Shown: positions 49,501 through 61,662 of the stretch, in pieces
Position numbering within the stretch: the stretch's first letter is position 1
How the letters are laid out: every line of letters begins with the position of its first letter
DNA from: Narcine bancroftii
Lineage: Eukaryota
NCBI RefSeq assembly: GCF_036971445.1
Contig: NC_091471.1
Coordinates: 295,554,001 to 295,618,000 of the forward strand
Direction of reading: 5' to 3'
DNA: 64,000 nt
The notes under the pieces: generated by a model
The model's database searches: none
Seen by the model: the letters and a program-made list of their open reading frames with translations, nothing else
What the model was told of the DNA's origin: nothing
Translations under genes and position numbers: made by a program

Positions 49501-52500
49501 CCAAAGTCCCTCTGTTCTTTCATGTGTTAAGTATCCATCCATTAACCCTGTACTCAGCCTTCAGGTTTCAAAATGCATCACTTCACACTTATCCAGATTG
49601 AATGCCATCTGGCACTTTTCCTCCCAACTCTGCATCCTGTCTAAATCCTTTTGTAACCTACACCAACCTTCAGCACCATCCACAACTCTTCCAACCTACG
49701 ATTCATCCGCAAACTTACTCTCCCATCCTTCTGCTTCTTCATCAAGGTCACAAAGAGCAGGATCCCAGAACAGATCTCTGCAGAAATAACATGAACAATC
49801 AAGAGGATTGATGAGGGCTAGGCAGTTAATACTGCCTACATCAGTGGTTCTCAACCTTTTTCTTTCCACTCACATACCATTTTAAGTAATCCCTAGGCCA
49901 TAAGTGCTCTGTGATTAGTAAGGGATTGGGAACGAACGGAAGGTTGAGAACCACTGCTCTAGACCCATTTGTTATTGATATATTTTGCTTGAGAAAAATT
50001 GTCATTGGCCCATTTCCTTTGGAGTTCTGAAACCTTGTGCACATAACGAGTCAATTATGTATGATTAAAACAGTGGTTTTCAAACTTCTTCCCACCCATG
50101 TATCACCTTAAGCAATCCCTTACTAATCACAGAGCACCTATGGCCTAAGGATTCCTTAAAGTGGTATGTGAGTGGAAAGAAAAAGGTTGAGAACCACTGG
50201 CCTACATGGTCTTTACCAAGGCCTTTGACATGATCCCACATAGCAGGCAGCTTAGAAGATGAGAATTCAGGGCAAGGTGAGCAACTGAGTACAAGCTACC
50301 TCGATGTAGGAGTCTGAGGGTGTAGTGTGAGGTCGTTATTCAAATTGGAGGCCTGTGAAAAGTGATTTGCTGCACAGATTAGTACTGGGTTTAATTTTAT
50401 TTGTCATCTGTTTTAATGAATTGGATGAGAATGCTGATGACGTTATCAATAGGTTTGTAGGTGATGCCAAAATTGGTGGGTATAATGGGCAGTGAGGGTC
50501 ATCTAAAGTTAAAATAGGTTCTCAATAAACTGTAAAATTCAGACAAGTGTGAAGTACCAAAGGCATAAATCAGACAGATGTCCGGTGTCTGTTTCCCATT
50601 GTAGCAGGGTCTTAACAGGAGGACAAAAAGTCAAGGATAGAGGGAGGCTTCAAGGAGGCAGTGCAGAGGAGGTTCACCACGTTGATTCCAGAAATGAAGG
50701 GGTTAGCCTATGAGGAGAGATTGAGTCATCTGGGTCTGCACTTACTGGAATTTAGAAGAATGAGGGGGTGATCTTATAGAAACATAAAATTATGGAAGAA
50801 ATAGATAAGATAGAGGTACATAAGTTGTTTCCATTGGTGGGGGATTCTAGAACTAGAGGACATAGCCTCAAGATTCAGGGTAGTAGATTTAGGACAGAGA
50901 TGAGGAGGAGCTGCTTTTACCAGAGTGTGGTGAATCTGCAATTTGCTGCCCATTCAAGCAGTGGAGGTGATCTCAGTAAATATATTTAAGATAAGATTGG
51001 ATATATTTTTACATAGTAGGGGAATTAAGGGTTATGGGGGAAAGGCAGGTAGGTGGAGATGAGCCTGTAGAGCACGTCGAAAGAACCAAAGACTTGTTGA
51101 TCCAAATCAAGGCCTTGATTAACTAAAAGACTGGAGCATATTACAAGTCCAGAATGACCTGGTCTGGCTAGGAGCAATATTTTAAGACCTGCCAGTAGAT
51201 ATGGCTACGCTCTCAGCCAATCACAGTCATCCTACACTACCATCTGTACATATACACATTGGTGATAGAATCTGTACTATCACAGAGCCCATCAGATCAG
51301 CCATTATCTCATGAATGGCGGATCGAAGGGCCAGATGACCTTTTCCTGCTCCTATTTCTCATGTTCTTGTGTTCTCACAGGAGCTGTCCATGAAAGCAGC
51401 TGGATCTCAGCTTGTTACATATTGTGATGTGGCATCTGGAACTGCTCCGTTCTCCTCCATGTCCCATTGAATAGAAGGCCTGCTGCTCCTGTGGCCTTAA
51501 TTACTGTTTGCATTCAGTATGTTCCAGTGCTTTATGTACAAGAAACTTCAGCTTTCTCTTCCTCCTCCAGCTTTCCACACTTTCACAAATTCTTTGTGGT
51601 ATCCTTTGATCAAAATGACAATACATTTCCATTAATATGGCAGCATTTCGCAATAATGATTTCATTGCCAAGGTATGGATTGCTGTTATGCTGACCTACA
51701 TGCTATCGTTAACCTTCACTTTCGTCTCCAGGGTGGCCTGAAAGCTGTGGTCTGGACTGACATCTTCCAAGTGATCATCATGATGTCCGGCTTTGTAGCC
51801 GTCATTATCCGGGGCACCTATTTAGTGGGCGGAGCTGGCAAAGTCTTGGAGACTGCATACAATGGGTCCAGGATTAATTTCGGAGAGTAAGACTGGTTGT
51901 TGCTGTTGACGCTCTTTGCATGTTCAAGCAGCTTGCCCACTAACCCGAGTAGATAGTTACTGCTTCCTCACTGGTAAAACAATTCAAAACTGGATCATAC
52001 TGGCTGCAGCGCAGAGGGATATTTTCCCCAATTTTGTAACGATTTGTCCCACACAGGATTGCAATGGGATTGGCCCAGGACAGATAAACAAGCAATCTGA
52101 CATTTGGTCAAAGTGATCCGGACAATTGTGCGCTAGCCTGTGGTCAGGGATGGACAATCTAAGTCAATGTAATCACTGTTTCAATGCAGAGAACACAACA
52201 GTCAAATAAATGTCTCATCTCAATCACACTGCAGCAGTGTGACACCCTGGCATGGACCACCAGTGCAGTGACGGATACCTGGCATGGACCCCCAGCATAG
52301 ACCACTAGCACAGATGCCCCCTCCTGGCACAGAACACCAGCAGGGACACAGCAGGGCCACACTCCCCCAGTACAGAACCCCAGCAGGCCCAAACTCCATC
52401 CCCCCAACATAGACCCCCAGCAGGCCCACACTCCCCCAGCATAGACCCCCATGGTCCACACCCCCTCCCCCTGCACAGAACTCCGGCAAAGACCTCAACA

Positions 52501-54646
52501 GACTCACACTCCTCCGACACTACCTACATAGCATTGGAATGTGCTGCCTGAGCACCTGTTTGACTACCAAGGTCCCACAGCCATGATCCTGAGTACAGGG
52601 TAATGATACCCAAGGAGGTGCAGAACCAAACTTCAGTGAACAACTTCCTGTGAAACAGAAATTGTGGTGAGGAAGTCCCTCCAGCAAAATCAAGGAATGC
52701 TGGAAATCTTAAACAGAAAGATCTGCGAGGAGAGAACATAATAAGAGAATAAGAAATTGGAGCAGGAGTTAGCTATCTGGTCTATCGAGCCTGCCCCTCT
52801 ATTCAATGAAGCTGGCTGATGAATCCAGCTGCAACAACCCCTTTCCCCACAATCCTTAGTTCCCCTGATATGCAAAAATCTATCTAATTGTGCCTTCTGT
52901 TCATTGAGTGAGACAGTCTCTGCTGCTTCCTTGAGCAGAGAATTCCACAGATTCACTGCTTTCTGGTAGAAGCTGTTCCTCTTCATTGCCATTAAATCTC
53001 CCTCCCCCCACCCCACCCCATCCAACCCCCACAAGCCTTGAGGCTCTGTCCCTTAGTTCTAGTTGCCTTTCAAGACCAAATCATTTCAGCAGACGCTACC
53101 TGAACAGACTGGAAAGGAGAAAGTGCGTCACTATTTCAAGCCTTTCTTCCACTGTTAATCCACAGCTTTCCACACCTCAGATGGACAACATGTACCTTTA
53201 CTTTGTGTGTGTGGAAAGTCTTAATAGAGAGTAAGATTGGATGGAGTCAACCCCAATTCCTGCAGGTGGGGTCATTTTAAAATTAGTACCTGATCATTTC
53301 CCCCTTTTCTATTCACAAAGTCCAACCACACCCCCAAGCACCAAGCCACACTCCATCCTAGCTTGGCAATAAATTACTCTGGAATCTTCACAGAGAGGTG
53401 CAGAACCAAATATCAGAGATCCCATTAGGAAATATAGGTAGAGCCAATAAAGGAGCAATGCATTCTTGGTCACTGTGGGAATCTTTGAAAGAAATTGGTG
53501 CAGCCCTGACAAAAATATTTGCATCATGAGGAAAGGAGCCAGTAGGGTGGCTGATGTGTTGTCATTATTTTCAAAAGACGCTAGGGATCTACAGGGCAGT
53601 GATCTTAAAGTCATTCAGGGAGGGGAAGGATTACTGGAGGCCATGATAAGAGACTGAATTTACTTGTATTTGGAACACCACGGACTGAGTAGGGAATGTC
53701 AGCATCACTGTGTGTGTGGGAAATTGTATCTCACTCATTAGACTGAGTTTTCTTGAAGAGGTAACCAAGAGAACATGCCAGTATATGACTACGTGAATTT
53801 TAGCAGAGGCTTTGACAGAATCCCACATGATCTAGAATGTCAGAATCCCCTGGATCCAGCATGAACTGGTCAACTGGATGGAGAATTCACAATGTAGGAA
53901 GGTAGAATGTGGTAAACTGGCAGGATCAGATTGGAGGCGGGGTGGGGGGGGGGGGGCAAAGGCCCTGTTTCTGTGCTGTAAAGCTTCATGGCTTTCACCA
54001 GACCACACTTGTGATGCCCTTGTGGCAAGAATAAGTTGCAGGTTATGGTGAATTGTCAAAGAAGAAGGTTCACGACAACATATTGATCACATTGAATGGC
54101 AGGGGCTGAATGGTCTCCTTTGTTCCTGTGTGGTGGTGAAACCATATAGGGATGTTCTGTACAGATCATGACCAGACTCTTCCAGGAACAAATTGGAATG
54201 CAAACACTTTCTGCGATGTTTCCTGTGAGAGGCTTTGGAAGTGTGAGCAAGGAGAGCTAAGCTGACGTTGATGTGCTTGAAGGTATTCTGAGCCGATTGA
54301 CTGGTTTGAGTTGTCGCAGGTTCTCAAGCCTTGGGCATTGGGAGATTCAGGCTACAAGCGTCAGCCAAGAAAATAAAGGAGTCACAGCCACGATCTTTGT
54401 GAGTGGCATGACATACCTAAGGGTTGTCTCACATTTCTTTTCCTTTTGTTTCCCTCATTGTGTTGACTTAACCTGGAGTTGCATATTAATGGACCCTCTG
54501 CTTAGTTTTGATCCAGATCCCAGGAGACGCTATACATTTTGGACATTTGTTCTTGGAGGAACAGTGATGTGGCTGTCGATGTATGGGGTCAACCAGTCCC
54601 AAGTCCAGCGCTATATCGCCTGCAAAACAGAGGTTCAAGCTCGGCT
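28170..54646 (+). CDS. SLC5A5: Sodium/iodide symporter gene, 5' part (spliced coding exons 1B-6); gene continues past the window
   Basis: Joining 28170-28529, 41341-41406, 43497-43548, 48051-48118, 51732-51886 and 54506-54646 gives one open SLC5 frame. NIS-diagnostic motifs [36 protein letters not shown] and WLSMYG favour SLC5A5 over SLC5A8/12 (recalled alignments). Confidence 0.88.
28769..29629 (-). mobile_element. RTE LINE 3' fragment with 12-bp TSD, specific to duplicate unit B
   Basis: Same family as 4526-6152; TSD GATGGGTCATGT at 28757-28768 and 29630-29641; the matching site in unit A (~22642) is empty. Confidence 0.93.
30120..32726 (+). mobile_element. L1 5' half (5'UTR, broken ORF1, endonuclease); 3' half deleted
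   Basis: GC-rich start ggggcgtggcatgatgg; ORF1 remnants ([11 protein letters not shown]); [24 protein letters not shown] through SDH (~32665); then fused to Gypsy RT. Confidence 0.85.
36610..37975 (+). mobile_element. CR1 LINE ORF2 fragment
   Basis: KVKENPKGF; [27 protein letters not shown]...KFSDDT. Confidence 0.85.
38862..40445. repeat. Long inverted repeat: arms 38862-39305 and 39989-40445, spacer 683 bp
   Basis: Arms are reverse complements; mirror ORFs at 39040/40063 and 39084/40013 in the track confirm this. Confidence 0.92.
40450..40917 (-). mobile_element. CR1 LINE fragment
   Basis: [46 protein letters not shown]. Confidence 0.85.
41341..41406 (+). CDS. SLC5A5: Coding exon 2 (66 bp)
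   Basis: cctttcacAG|[22 protein letters not shown]|GTAAGG; phase 0/0. Confidence 0.92.
41618..42329. mobile_element. Tc1/mariner (Tigger-like) non-autonomous element
   Basis: TA|CAGCTGACCTCCCACT ... AAGTGGGGGAATACCTG|TA; imperfect TIRs with TA flanks. Confidence 0.6.
43497..43548 (+). CDS. SLC5A5: Coding exon 3 (52 bp)
   Basis: ttgcAG|[17 protein letters not shown]+G|GTAAGT; phase 0/1. Too short for the ORF track. Confidence 0.92.
43965..44817. mobile_element. 5'-truncated L1 with internal inversion (twin-priming structure)
   Basis: 3' terminus on - (~43972-44100); ORF2 C-terminus plus 3'UTR on + (44101-44817); TSD TGCTAATTA(A)GTACTT at 43950-43964 and 44818-44833. Confidence 0.85.
47185..48010 (-). 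mobile_element. DNA transposon 5' remnant with Cys-rich transposase N-terminus (tentatively TcMar-m44-like)
   Basis: ORF 47473-47724 has the FxYICG...GDQDKPW.PHICC..C motif; terminus CACTG next to TA at ~48010. Superfamily assignment is uncertain. Confidence 0.5.
48051..48118 (+). CDS. SLC5A5: Coding exon 4 (68 bp)
   Basis: gcctttcAG|(V)[22 protein letters not shown]|GTTAGT; phase 1/0. Confidence 0.9.
48820..49790 (-). mobile_element. CR1 LINE 3' fragment
   Basis: [33 protein letters not shown]; [18 protein letters not shown]. Confidence 0.85.
49842..50199. mobile_element. Composite hAT MITE, copy 2, with perfect 8-bp TSD
   Basis: TSD GCCTACAT at 49834-49841 and 50200-50207; units 49842-49956 and 50071-50199; spacer 114 bp; inserted in a CR1. 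Confidence 0.9.
51066..51284. mobile_element. Solo LTR (219 bp) with 5-bp TSD inside a CR1 3' end
   Basis: GAGCC|TGTAG...TCACA|GAGCC. Confidence 0.8.
51732..51886 (+). CDS. SLC5A5: Coding exon 5 (155 bp)
   Basis: tctccAG|[21 protein letters not shown]...[10 protein letters not shown]+GA|GTAAGA; contains the conserved extracellular N-glycosylation sequon (NGS); phase 0/2. Confidence 0.92.
52245..52520. repeat. Degenerate C-rich minisatellite in intron 5
   Basis: Recurring cccccagcatagaccccc / caggcccacactccc units. Confidence 0.7.
54506..54646 (+). CDS. SLC5A5: Coding exon 6 (141 bp)
   Basis: cttAG|(D)[46 protein letters not shown]+CT|GTAAGT; phase 2/2. Confidence 0.92.
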
Positions 54647-55311
54647 GTAAGTTTGGCAAAGAGGCCAATCTTGGCAATGTTGAGAACGTAACAGGAGAGG
54701 GCTGAGTGTCTGGGGAGGTTACACCCAAATTTCTTTCTCCAGACAGCTTCTTCTACTGATAACTGCAAACGCCATGCCAATCACTTCATCCAAGGCTCAA
54801 ACCTCCCAGTGGGCTGGTCCTTCATTCAGGAGGGGAGGGGTGGGTGTTAAAAATGCAGGATCAGCTGTACAAGTCAGAGTTCTGGAAAAATGTCTTTACT
54901 CAGAGGCCGGTGAACCTTTGGAATAATAAAATAGAAGATTGTTAAATTTATTGAGGAGTAATTGGAATGCCTGGAATGAATCAGAAAGAAGTTGTAGAGC
55001 CAGTCAGACAGCATCAAACTGGCCGTTTTGCCCAAGTCTACAATGCTGACCAATCCAACATTCTGGCTCATCCCATTTCCATGCAGTTGGTCGATATCCT
55101 TCCAAATCCTTCCTATCTGTATATCTCTCCAACTGTTAAAATTGTGGTCATTTCTACAGTTTCCTCTGGTAGCTCAATCTACATACATTGAGTGAAAAAG
55201 TACCTCTTAAATCTCTCCATGCCCCTCATCTATTTATCAACCTCTAATGTTAGCCCTCAGCTTCCTGTGCTTTATGGAATAAAGACTCAACCTATCCAAC
55301 CTCTCCCTAGA

Positions 55312-55560
55312 ATTTTTTTAAAATTTAGACATAAAGCACAGTAACACACCATTCAACCCACAAGTCCAGGGCCACTCAATTAACCGACACACCCTGGTAT
55401 GTTTTGAATGGTGGGAGGAAACCGGAGCCCCTGGGGAAAACCCACACAAACACAGGGAGAACATACAAACTCCTTACAGACAGCACGGGATTCGAACCCA
55501 GGTCCCAATCAAGGGCACTGTGAAGGCATTGCACTAATTGCTTCGCCAACCATGCCACCC
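55312..55560 (-). mobile_element. HE1-like V-SINE
   Basis: Minus strand has a tRNA head with B-box GGGTTCGAATCC and V-domain ctgtctgtaaggagtttgtatgttctccc. Confidence 0.8.
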
Positions 55561-55769
55561 AATTAAAGCCCTCAAGTCTGGTAACATCCTAGTGAATTTA
55601 TTGATGACCTCCCTTTGTAATGTTTAGTGAGCTAGGTCTTCTCAGAGTGACAGGAGTGGCTGGTGGGTGATGTAATAGAAGTGCATAGGATTATGAGAGG
55701 CATAAATATGGTGGACAGCCAGCACCTTTTCCCCAGGGTGCAATGCCCAATACCAGAGGACATCTGTTT

Positions 55770-58700
55770 TTTTTTATTTTTTTATTTTTCACACCATAAT
55801 CCACATTAACCATGATACATACTTTTTCCTTTTCAAATATATACAGTGCCATTTTCTCCCCCCCCCCTCCCTCCTCCCATCCCACCCTCCCTACCACCCC
55901 CCCATCCATTTAAAGTACAAAATCTAGGATACATTAAACCAGTCAAACAATGTTGTCATTCAATAAAAATAAACAAGAAATTCTACTGAGTCAATTCTTT
56001 TCATTTCCTTCTCCTTTCGTTAATTTAGGTAGTGAATGTCCCCAGTAGGTTTTCTCTATTGTGTTTCATGTAAGGCTCCCATATTTGTTCAAATATTTCA
56101 ATATTATTTCTTAAACTATGTGTTATTTTTTCTAATGGAATACATTTATTCATTTCTATATACCATTGTTGTATTTTCAAATTATCTTCCAATTTCCAGG
56201 TTGACATGATACATTTTTTTGCTACGGCTAGAGCTATCTTAACAAATCTTTTTTGTGCACCATCCAAATCAATTCCAAATTCATGGTTTTTTATGTTACT
56301 TAGGAGGTAGATCTCTGGATTCTTTGGTATATTGTTTTCCGTAATTTTATTTAATATTTGGTTTAGATCTTCCCAAAATTTTTCTACTTTCTCACATGTT
56401 CAGATTGCATGAATTGTTGTTCCCATTTCTTTTTTACATCGAAAACATCTATCAGATACTATTGGGTCCCATTTATTTAACTTTTGAGGTGTAATGTATA
56501 GCCTGTGTATCCAGTTATATTGTATCATACGTAACCTCGTATTTATTGTATTTCTCATCGTTCCAGGACATAACTTCTCCCATATTTCCTTTTTTATCTT
56601 TATATTTAAATGTTGTTCCCATTTTTGTTTAGTTTTACCATTTGTTTCCTCATTCTCCTTTTCTTGCAGTTTAATATACATATTTTTTATAAATCTTTTG
56701 ATTATCATTGTATCTGTCATCACATATTCAAAGTTACTTCCCTCTGGTAACCTCAGACTGCTTCCTAATTTGTCCTTCAAGTAGGATCTCAATTGGTAAT
56801 ATGCCAGCACTGTATCTTGAGTTATATTGTATTTATCTTTCATTTGTTCAAAGGATAATAATCTATTTCCTGAAAAACAATTTTCTATTCTTTTGATCCC
56901 TTTTTACTCCCATTCTCTAAAGGAAAGGTTATCTATTGTAAAAGGGAGTAACTTATTTTGCGTCAATATTAGTTTTGGTCATTGATAATTTGTTTTATTC
57001 CTTTCTACATGAATCTTTTTCCAAATATTGAGTAGATGATGTAATACTGGAGAACTTCTATGTTGTACCAATTTTTCATCCCATTTATATAATATGTGTT
57101 CAGGTATCTTTTCCCCTATTTTATCTAGTTCAAATCTAGTCCAATCTGGCTTTTCCCTTGTTTGATAAAAATCTGATAGGTATCTTAATTGTGCGGCTCT
57201 ATAATAATTTTTTAAGTTTGGCAGTTGTAAGCCTCCTTGTCTATACCATTCTGTTAATTTATCTAGTGCTATCCTCGGTTTCCCCCCTTTCCATAAGATT
57301 TTCCTTATTATTTTCTTTAACTCCTTGAAGAATTTCTCTGTTAAGTGTATTGGCAATGCCTGAAATAGGTATAATATCCTTGGGAAAATGTTCATTTTAA
57401 TACAGTTTATCCTTCCTATTAGTGTTAATGGTAAATCTTTCCAATGCTCTAAATCGTCCTGTAATTTTTTCATTAGTGGATAATAATTGAGTTTATATAG
57501 ATGGCTGAGATTTTTATTTATTTGTATACCTAGGTATCTTATTGCTTGCATTTGCCATCTGAATGGTGATTCCTTCTTAAATTTTGAGAAATCTGCATTA
57601 TTCATTGGCATTGCTTCACTTTTATTTACGTTAATCTTGTAACCCGACACTTCTCCATATTCCTTCAATTTCTTATATAATTCTTTTATTGATAGTTCTG
57701 GTTCTGTTAAGTATACTATAACATCATCCGCAAATAAACTGATTTTATATTCCTTGTCTTTTATTTTTATCCCTTTTATATTATTTTCTGTTCTTATCAA
57801 TTCTGCTAGTGGTTCTATAGCTAAAGCGAACAATAAGGGTGATAGTGGGCATCCCTGCCGTGTTGACCTGCTTAAGTTAAATTGCTTTGATATATATCCA
57901 TTTACTGTCACTTTTGCCAATGGCCCCTTATATAATGCTTTAATCCAATTAATATACTTCTCTGGTAAACTGAATTTTTGCAATACTTTGAATAAATAAT
58001 TCCATTCTACTCTGTCAAAGGCCTTCTCTGCGTCTAAAGCAACTGCTACTGTTGGCGCTTTACTCCCTTCTACTGCATGAATTAAGTTAATAAATTTACA
58101 AATATTGTCTGTTGTGCATCTTTTTTTAATAAATCCAGTTTGGTCTAGATTTACCATTTTAGGTACATACTCTGCTAATCTGTTTGCTAATAGTTTAGCT
58201 ATTACCTTATAATCTGTGTTAAGTAATGATATTGGTCAAAATGACGCTGGTGCAAGTGGATCTTTCCCTTGCTTTAGTATTACTGTAATTATTGCTGTTT
58301 TACATGAATCTGGTAAGCTTTGTGTTTTATCAATCTGGTTGATTACTTCCAGGAGGGGAGGAATTAATAAATCTTTAAATGTTTTATAGAATTCTCCTGG
58401 TGTTTTATTATTTGGTAATTTTTTTATTATCTCTTGTATTTCTACTATTTCAAATGGTTCTGTTAATTTATTTTGTTCCTCTATTTGTAATTTTGGTAGT
58501 TCAAATTTAGTTAGAAATTCATCTATTTTCCCTTCTTTCCCTTCGTTTTCAGTTTGGTATAATTGTTCATAGAATTCTCTAAAGTTTTCCTTGATCTCCT
58601 TTGGATTATATGTGATTTGTTTGTCTTTTTTCCTTGATGCCAATACCATTTTCTTAGCTTGTTCTGTCTTAAGCTGCCATGCTAGAATTTTGTGCGTTTT

Positions 58701-61662
58701 TTCCCCTAGTTCATAATATTTCTGTTTTGTCTTCATTATATTCTTCTCCACCTTATATGTTTGTAGTGTTTCATATTTTATTTTTTTATCTGCCAATTCT
58801 CTTCTTTTAGTTATATCTTCCTTCATTGCGAATTCTTTTTCTATATTTACTATTTCCCTTTCCAACTGCTCTGTTTCCTGATTATAGTCCTTCTTCATCT
58901 TGGTTACATAACTTATTATTTGCCCTCTAATGAACGCTTTCATTGCATCCCATAGTATAAACTTATCTTTCACTGATTCTGTATTTATTTCAAAATACAT
59001 TTTAATTTGTCTTTCAATGAATTCCCTAAAATCCTGCCTTTTGAGTAGCATGGAGTTTAATCTCCATCTATACATTATTGGAGGGATGTCCTCTAACTTT
59101 ATTGTCAATATTAAGGGTGAATGGTCCGATCATATTCTAGCTTTATATTCTGTTTTTCTTATTCTATCTTGCATACGAGCTGATAACAAAAATAGATCTA
59201 TTCTTGAGTATGTTTTATGTCTAGCCAAGTAATATGAATATTCCTTTTCATTTGGGTGTTGTTTCCTCCATATATCCAAAAGTTGCATTTCCTCCATCGA
59301 TTTAATTATAAATTTGGTTACTTTGTTCTTTCTGTTAATTTTTTTCCCAGTTTTGTCCATATTTGGATCCAAATTCAGGTTGAAATCCCCTCCTATTAAT
59401 ATGTTCCCTTGCGTATCTGCTATCTTCAAAAAAATATCTTGCATAAATTTTTGATCTTCTTCGTTAGGTGAATATACATTGAGTAGATTCCAAAACTCCG
59501 AATATATCTGACATTTTATCATTACATATCTCCCTGCTGGATCTATTATTTCCTCTTCTATTTTAATTTGCTCATTTTTACTAATTAATATAGCTACTCC
59601 TCTTGCTTTTGAATTATACGATGCTGCTGTTACGTGTCCTACCCAATCTCTCTTTAATTTCTTGTGCTCCAATTCAGTTAAATGTGTTTCTTGCACAAAT
59701 GCTATATCATTTTTTTCTTTTTTCAGTAAATTTAGCAGTTTCTTCCTTTTAATTTGGTTATGTATTCCATTAATATTTAAAGTCATATAGTTCAGCGTAG
59801 CCATTTTATACTTTGTTTATCTTCCCTTTCCGTTTCTCCATCATCACCTTTCCTTCTTATCCATTTCTGCTTTCTTGTTTTGAACACTTTATAAGACAAC
59901 ATTTCTAAAACATCAAACATTTTCCTTATTCTCCTATTTAAAACTTCTTTAACCCCATTCTCCCCTCCCCCTCCTGAGTTGCCCTTTATCCCTTGTCGGA
60001 CAACCACATCTCCCCTCTCCATTTGGATTTGCGAATTCACTCGCAAACGTCAGCTGATTTTGCAGTGACCGTAACTCCTCCCCACCCAGCCCCCCCAGAA
60101 AAGATTTCAATTTTCATATGTAACAAAGGTCATTCTTTTAATTCCCTCCTTATTCCCTCTATTCCATTTCTCTCCCTTATTAATTCTTGTCTATACTCTA
60201 TATATTTTCCTCTAAATACGGATACATTCATGTATGCACACTATATATATATATATATACACACATATACCCCTTTACACACATACATATAGATCGTGAT
60301 CATTTTTACTCTTATTATATGTCTTTATCTCTCTGCTTGTTTTGTAGTTGTTCTGCAAATTTCCTTGCTTCCTCTGGATCCAAGAATAGTCTGTTTTGTT
60401 GCCCTGGAATAACTATTTTAAGTACCACTGGGTACCTTAACATAAACTTATATCCTTTTTTCCATAAGATCGTTTTCGCTGTATTGAACTCCTTCCTCTT
60501 CTTCAGTTCAAAACTTATGTCTGGATAGAAAAAAAATTTTTTGACCTTTATATTCCAGTGGCTTTTTGTCCTCTCTTACTTTCTTCATTGCTTTCTCCAA
60601 TATATTTTCTCTTGTTGTATATCTTAAGAATTTTACTAAAATGGATCTTGGTTTTTGCTGTGGTTGTGGTTTCGGGGCTAAAGTTCTATGTGCCCTCTCT
60701 ATTTCCATTTCTTCCTGTAATTCTGGTCTTCACAGGACCCTGGGGATCCAATCTTTTATAAATTCTCTCATATTCTTGCCTTCTTCATCTTCCTTAAGGC
60801 CCACTATCTTTATATTATTTCTTCTATTATAGTTTTCTATTATATCTATCTTCTGAGCTAACAGCTCCTGTGTCTCTTTAACTTTTTTATTAGATTCTTC
60901 TAATTTCTCTTTTAAGTCTTCTACTTCCATTTCTACAATTGTTTCTTGTTTTTCCATATTTTCCACTTTTTTTCCTAACTCTGACATGGCCATTTCCATT
61001 TTATTCATTTTTTCTTCTGCATTCTTAATTCTTCTTTTTATCTCATTAAATTCTTGTAATTGCCATTCTTTCACTGATTCCATATATTCTTTAAAAAAAA
61101 ATACATCCATTGTCTTGCCTTTCTCTTCTTCTTCCACTTCTTTCTGTTCTTCTTCTTCTTCTTCCTCTGGGTTGACCATCTGTTGTTTCCTTGTTTTCTT
61201 TTTACCCTCTTCTTTCTTGTTGTCGTTATTGTCCGTGTTCTGCACCTGCTGCTGTGCTGCAGGTGTCTCTCTCAGCTGTGGAGATCGACTCCGCAGCTGT
61301 TCCCCCTCCCGTCAGTGTGTTTTTTTTCATGCGCGGTTGCGCACTTTTACTCGGCTCTGCGAGCCATTTTTGTAGTCCCGAGCCCGGGACATCCACTGAC
61401 CTGTGGGAGCGGGCCTCTCTCTCCGCGGCGGGCCTCTTCGGACAGGTAAGGCCTTCACCTTCTTCTTCCGACGTCTTTCCTTCTTCTTTTCTTCCCGTTG
61501 TTTTTGGTTTTTCTTTCTTCGCTGCCATTTTCTTCACACTTTTACTTTCACTTTGTTTTGGTTTTTAAGTTTGTGCCTTTGCTTTTTCTCTATCTTTTTT
61601 TAACTTTTCTGGAGAGGGCTGGAGTTCCCCTAGCGGCCACTACTCCATCACGTGACTCCTCC
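55770..61662 (-). mobile_element. Near full-length L1 (ORF1 ~61528-60316, ORF2 59804-56025), inactivated by stops and frameshifts, inserted in a CR1 fragment in intron 6
   Basis: ORF1 NYNRRNNIKIVG and IERAHR; EN VQETH and YSRID; RT ALDAEKAFD, RQGCPLSP and LFADD; CCHC-type C-terminus; A-rich tail; TSD CCAGAG(G/A)ACATCTGTTT at 55753-55769 and 61663-61679. Confidence 0.95.

Noticed and set aside
52159-52520. Gly/Cys-rich ORFs or a CRISPR-like array
   Set aside because: Degenerate minisatellite with no constant repeat or unique spacers, in a eukaryotic intron.
28170-54646. Calling the gene SLC5A8, SLC5A12 or SLC5A6
   Set aside because: Q in SAIQV, MCLGQ, GTLQ and WLSMYG match NIS as I recall it; a phylogeny would be decisive.
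55470-55560. tRNA gene
   Set aside because: The B-box belongs to the tRNA-derived head of a V-SINE.
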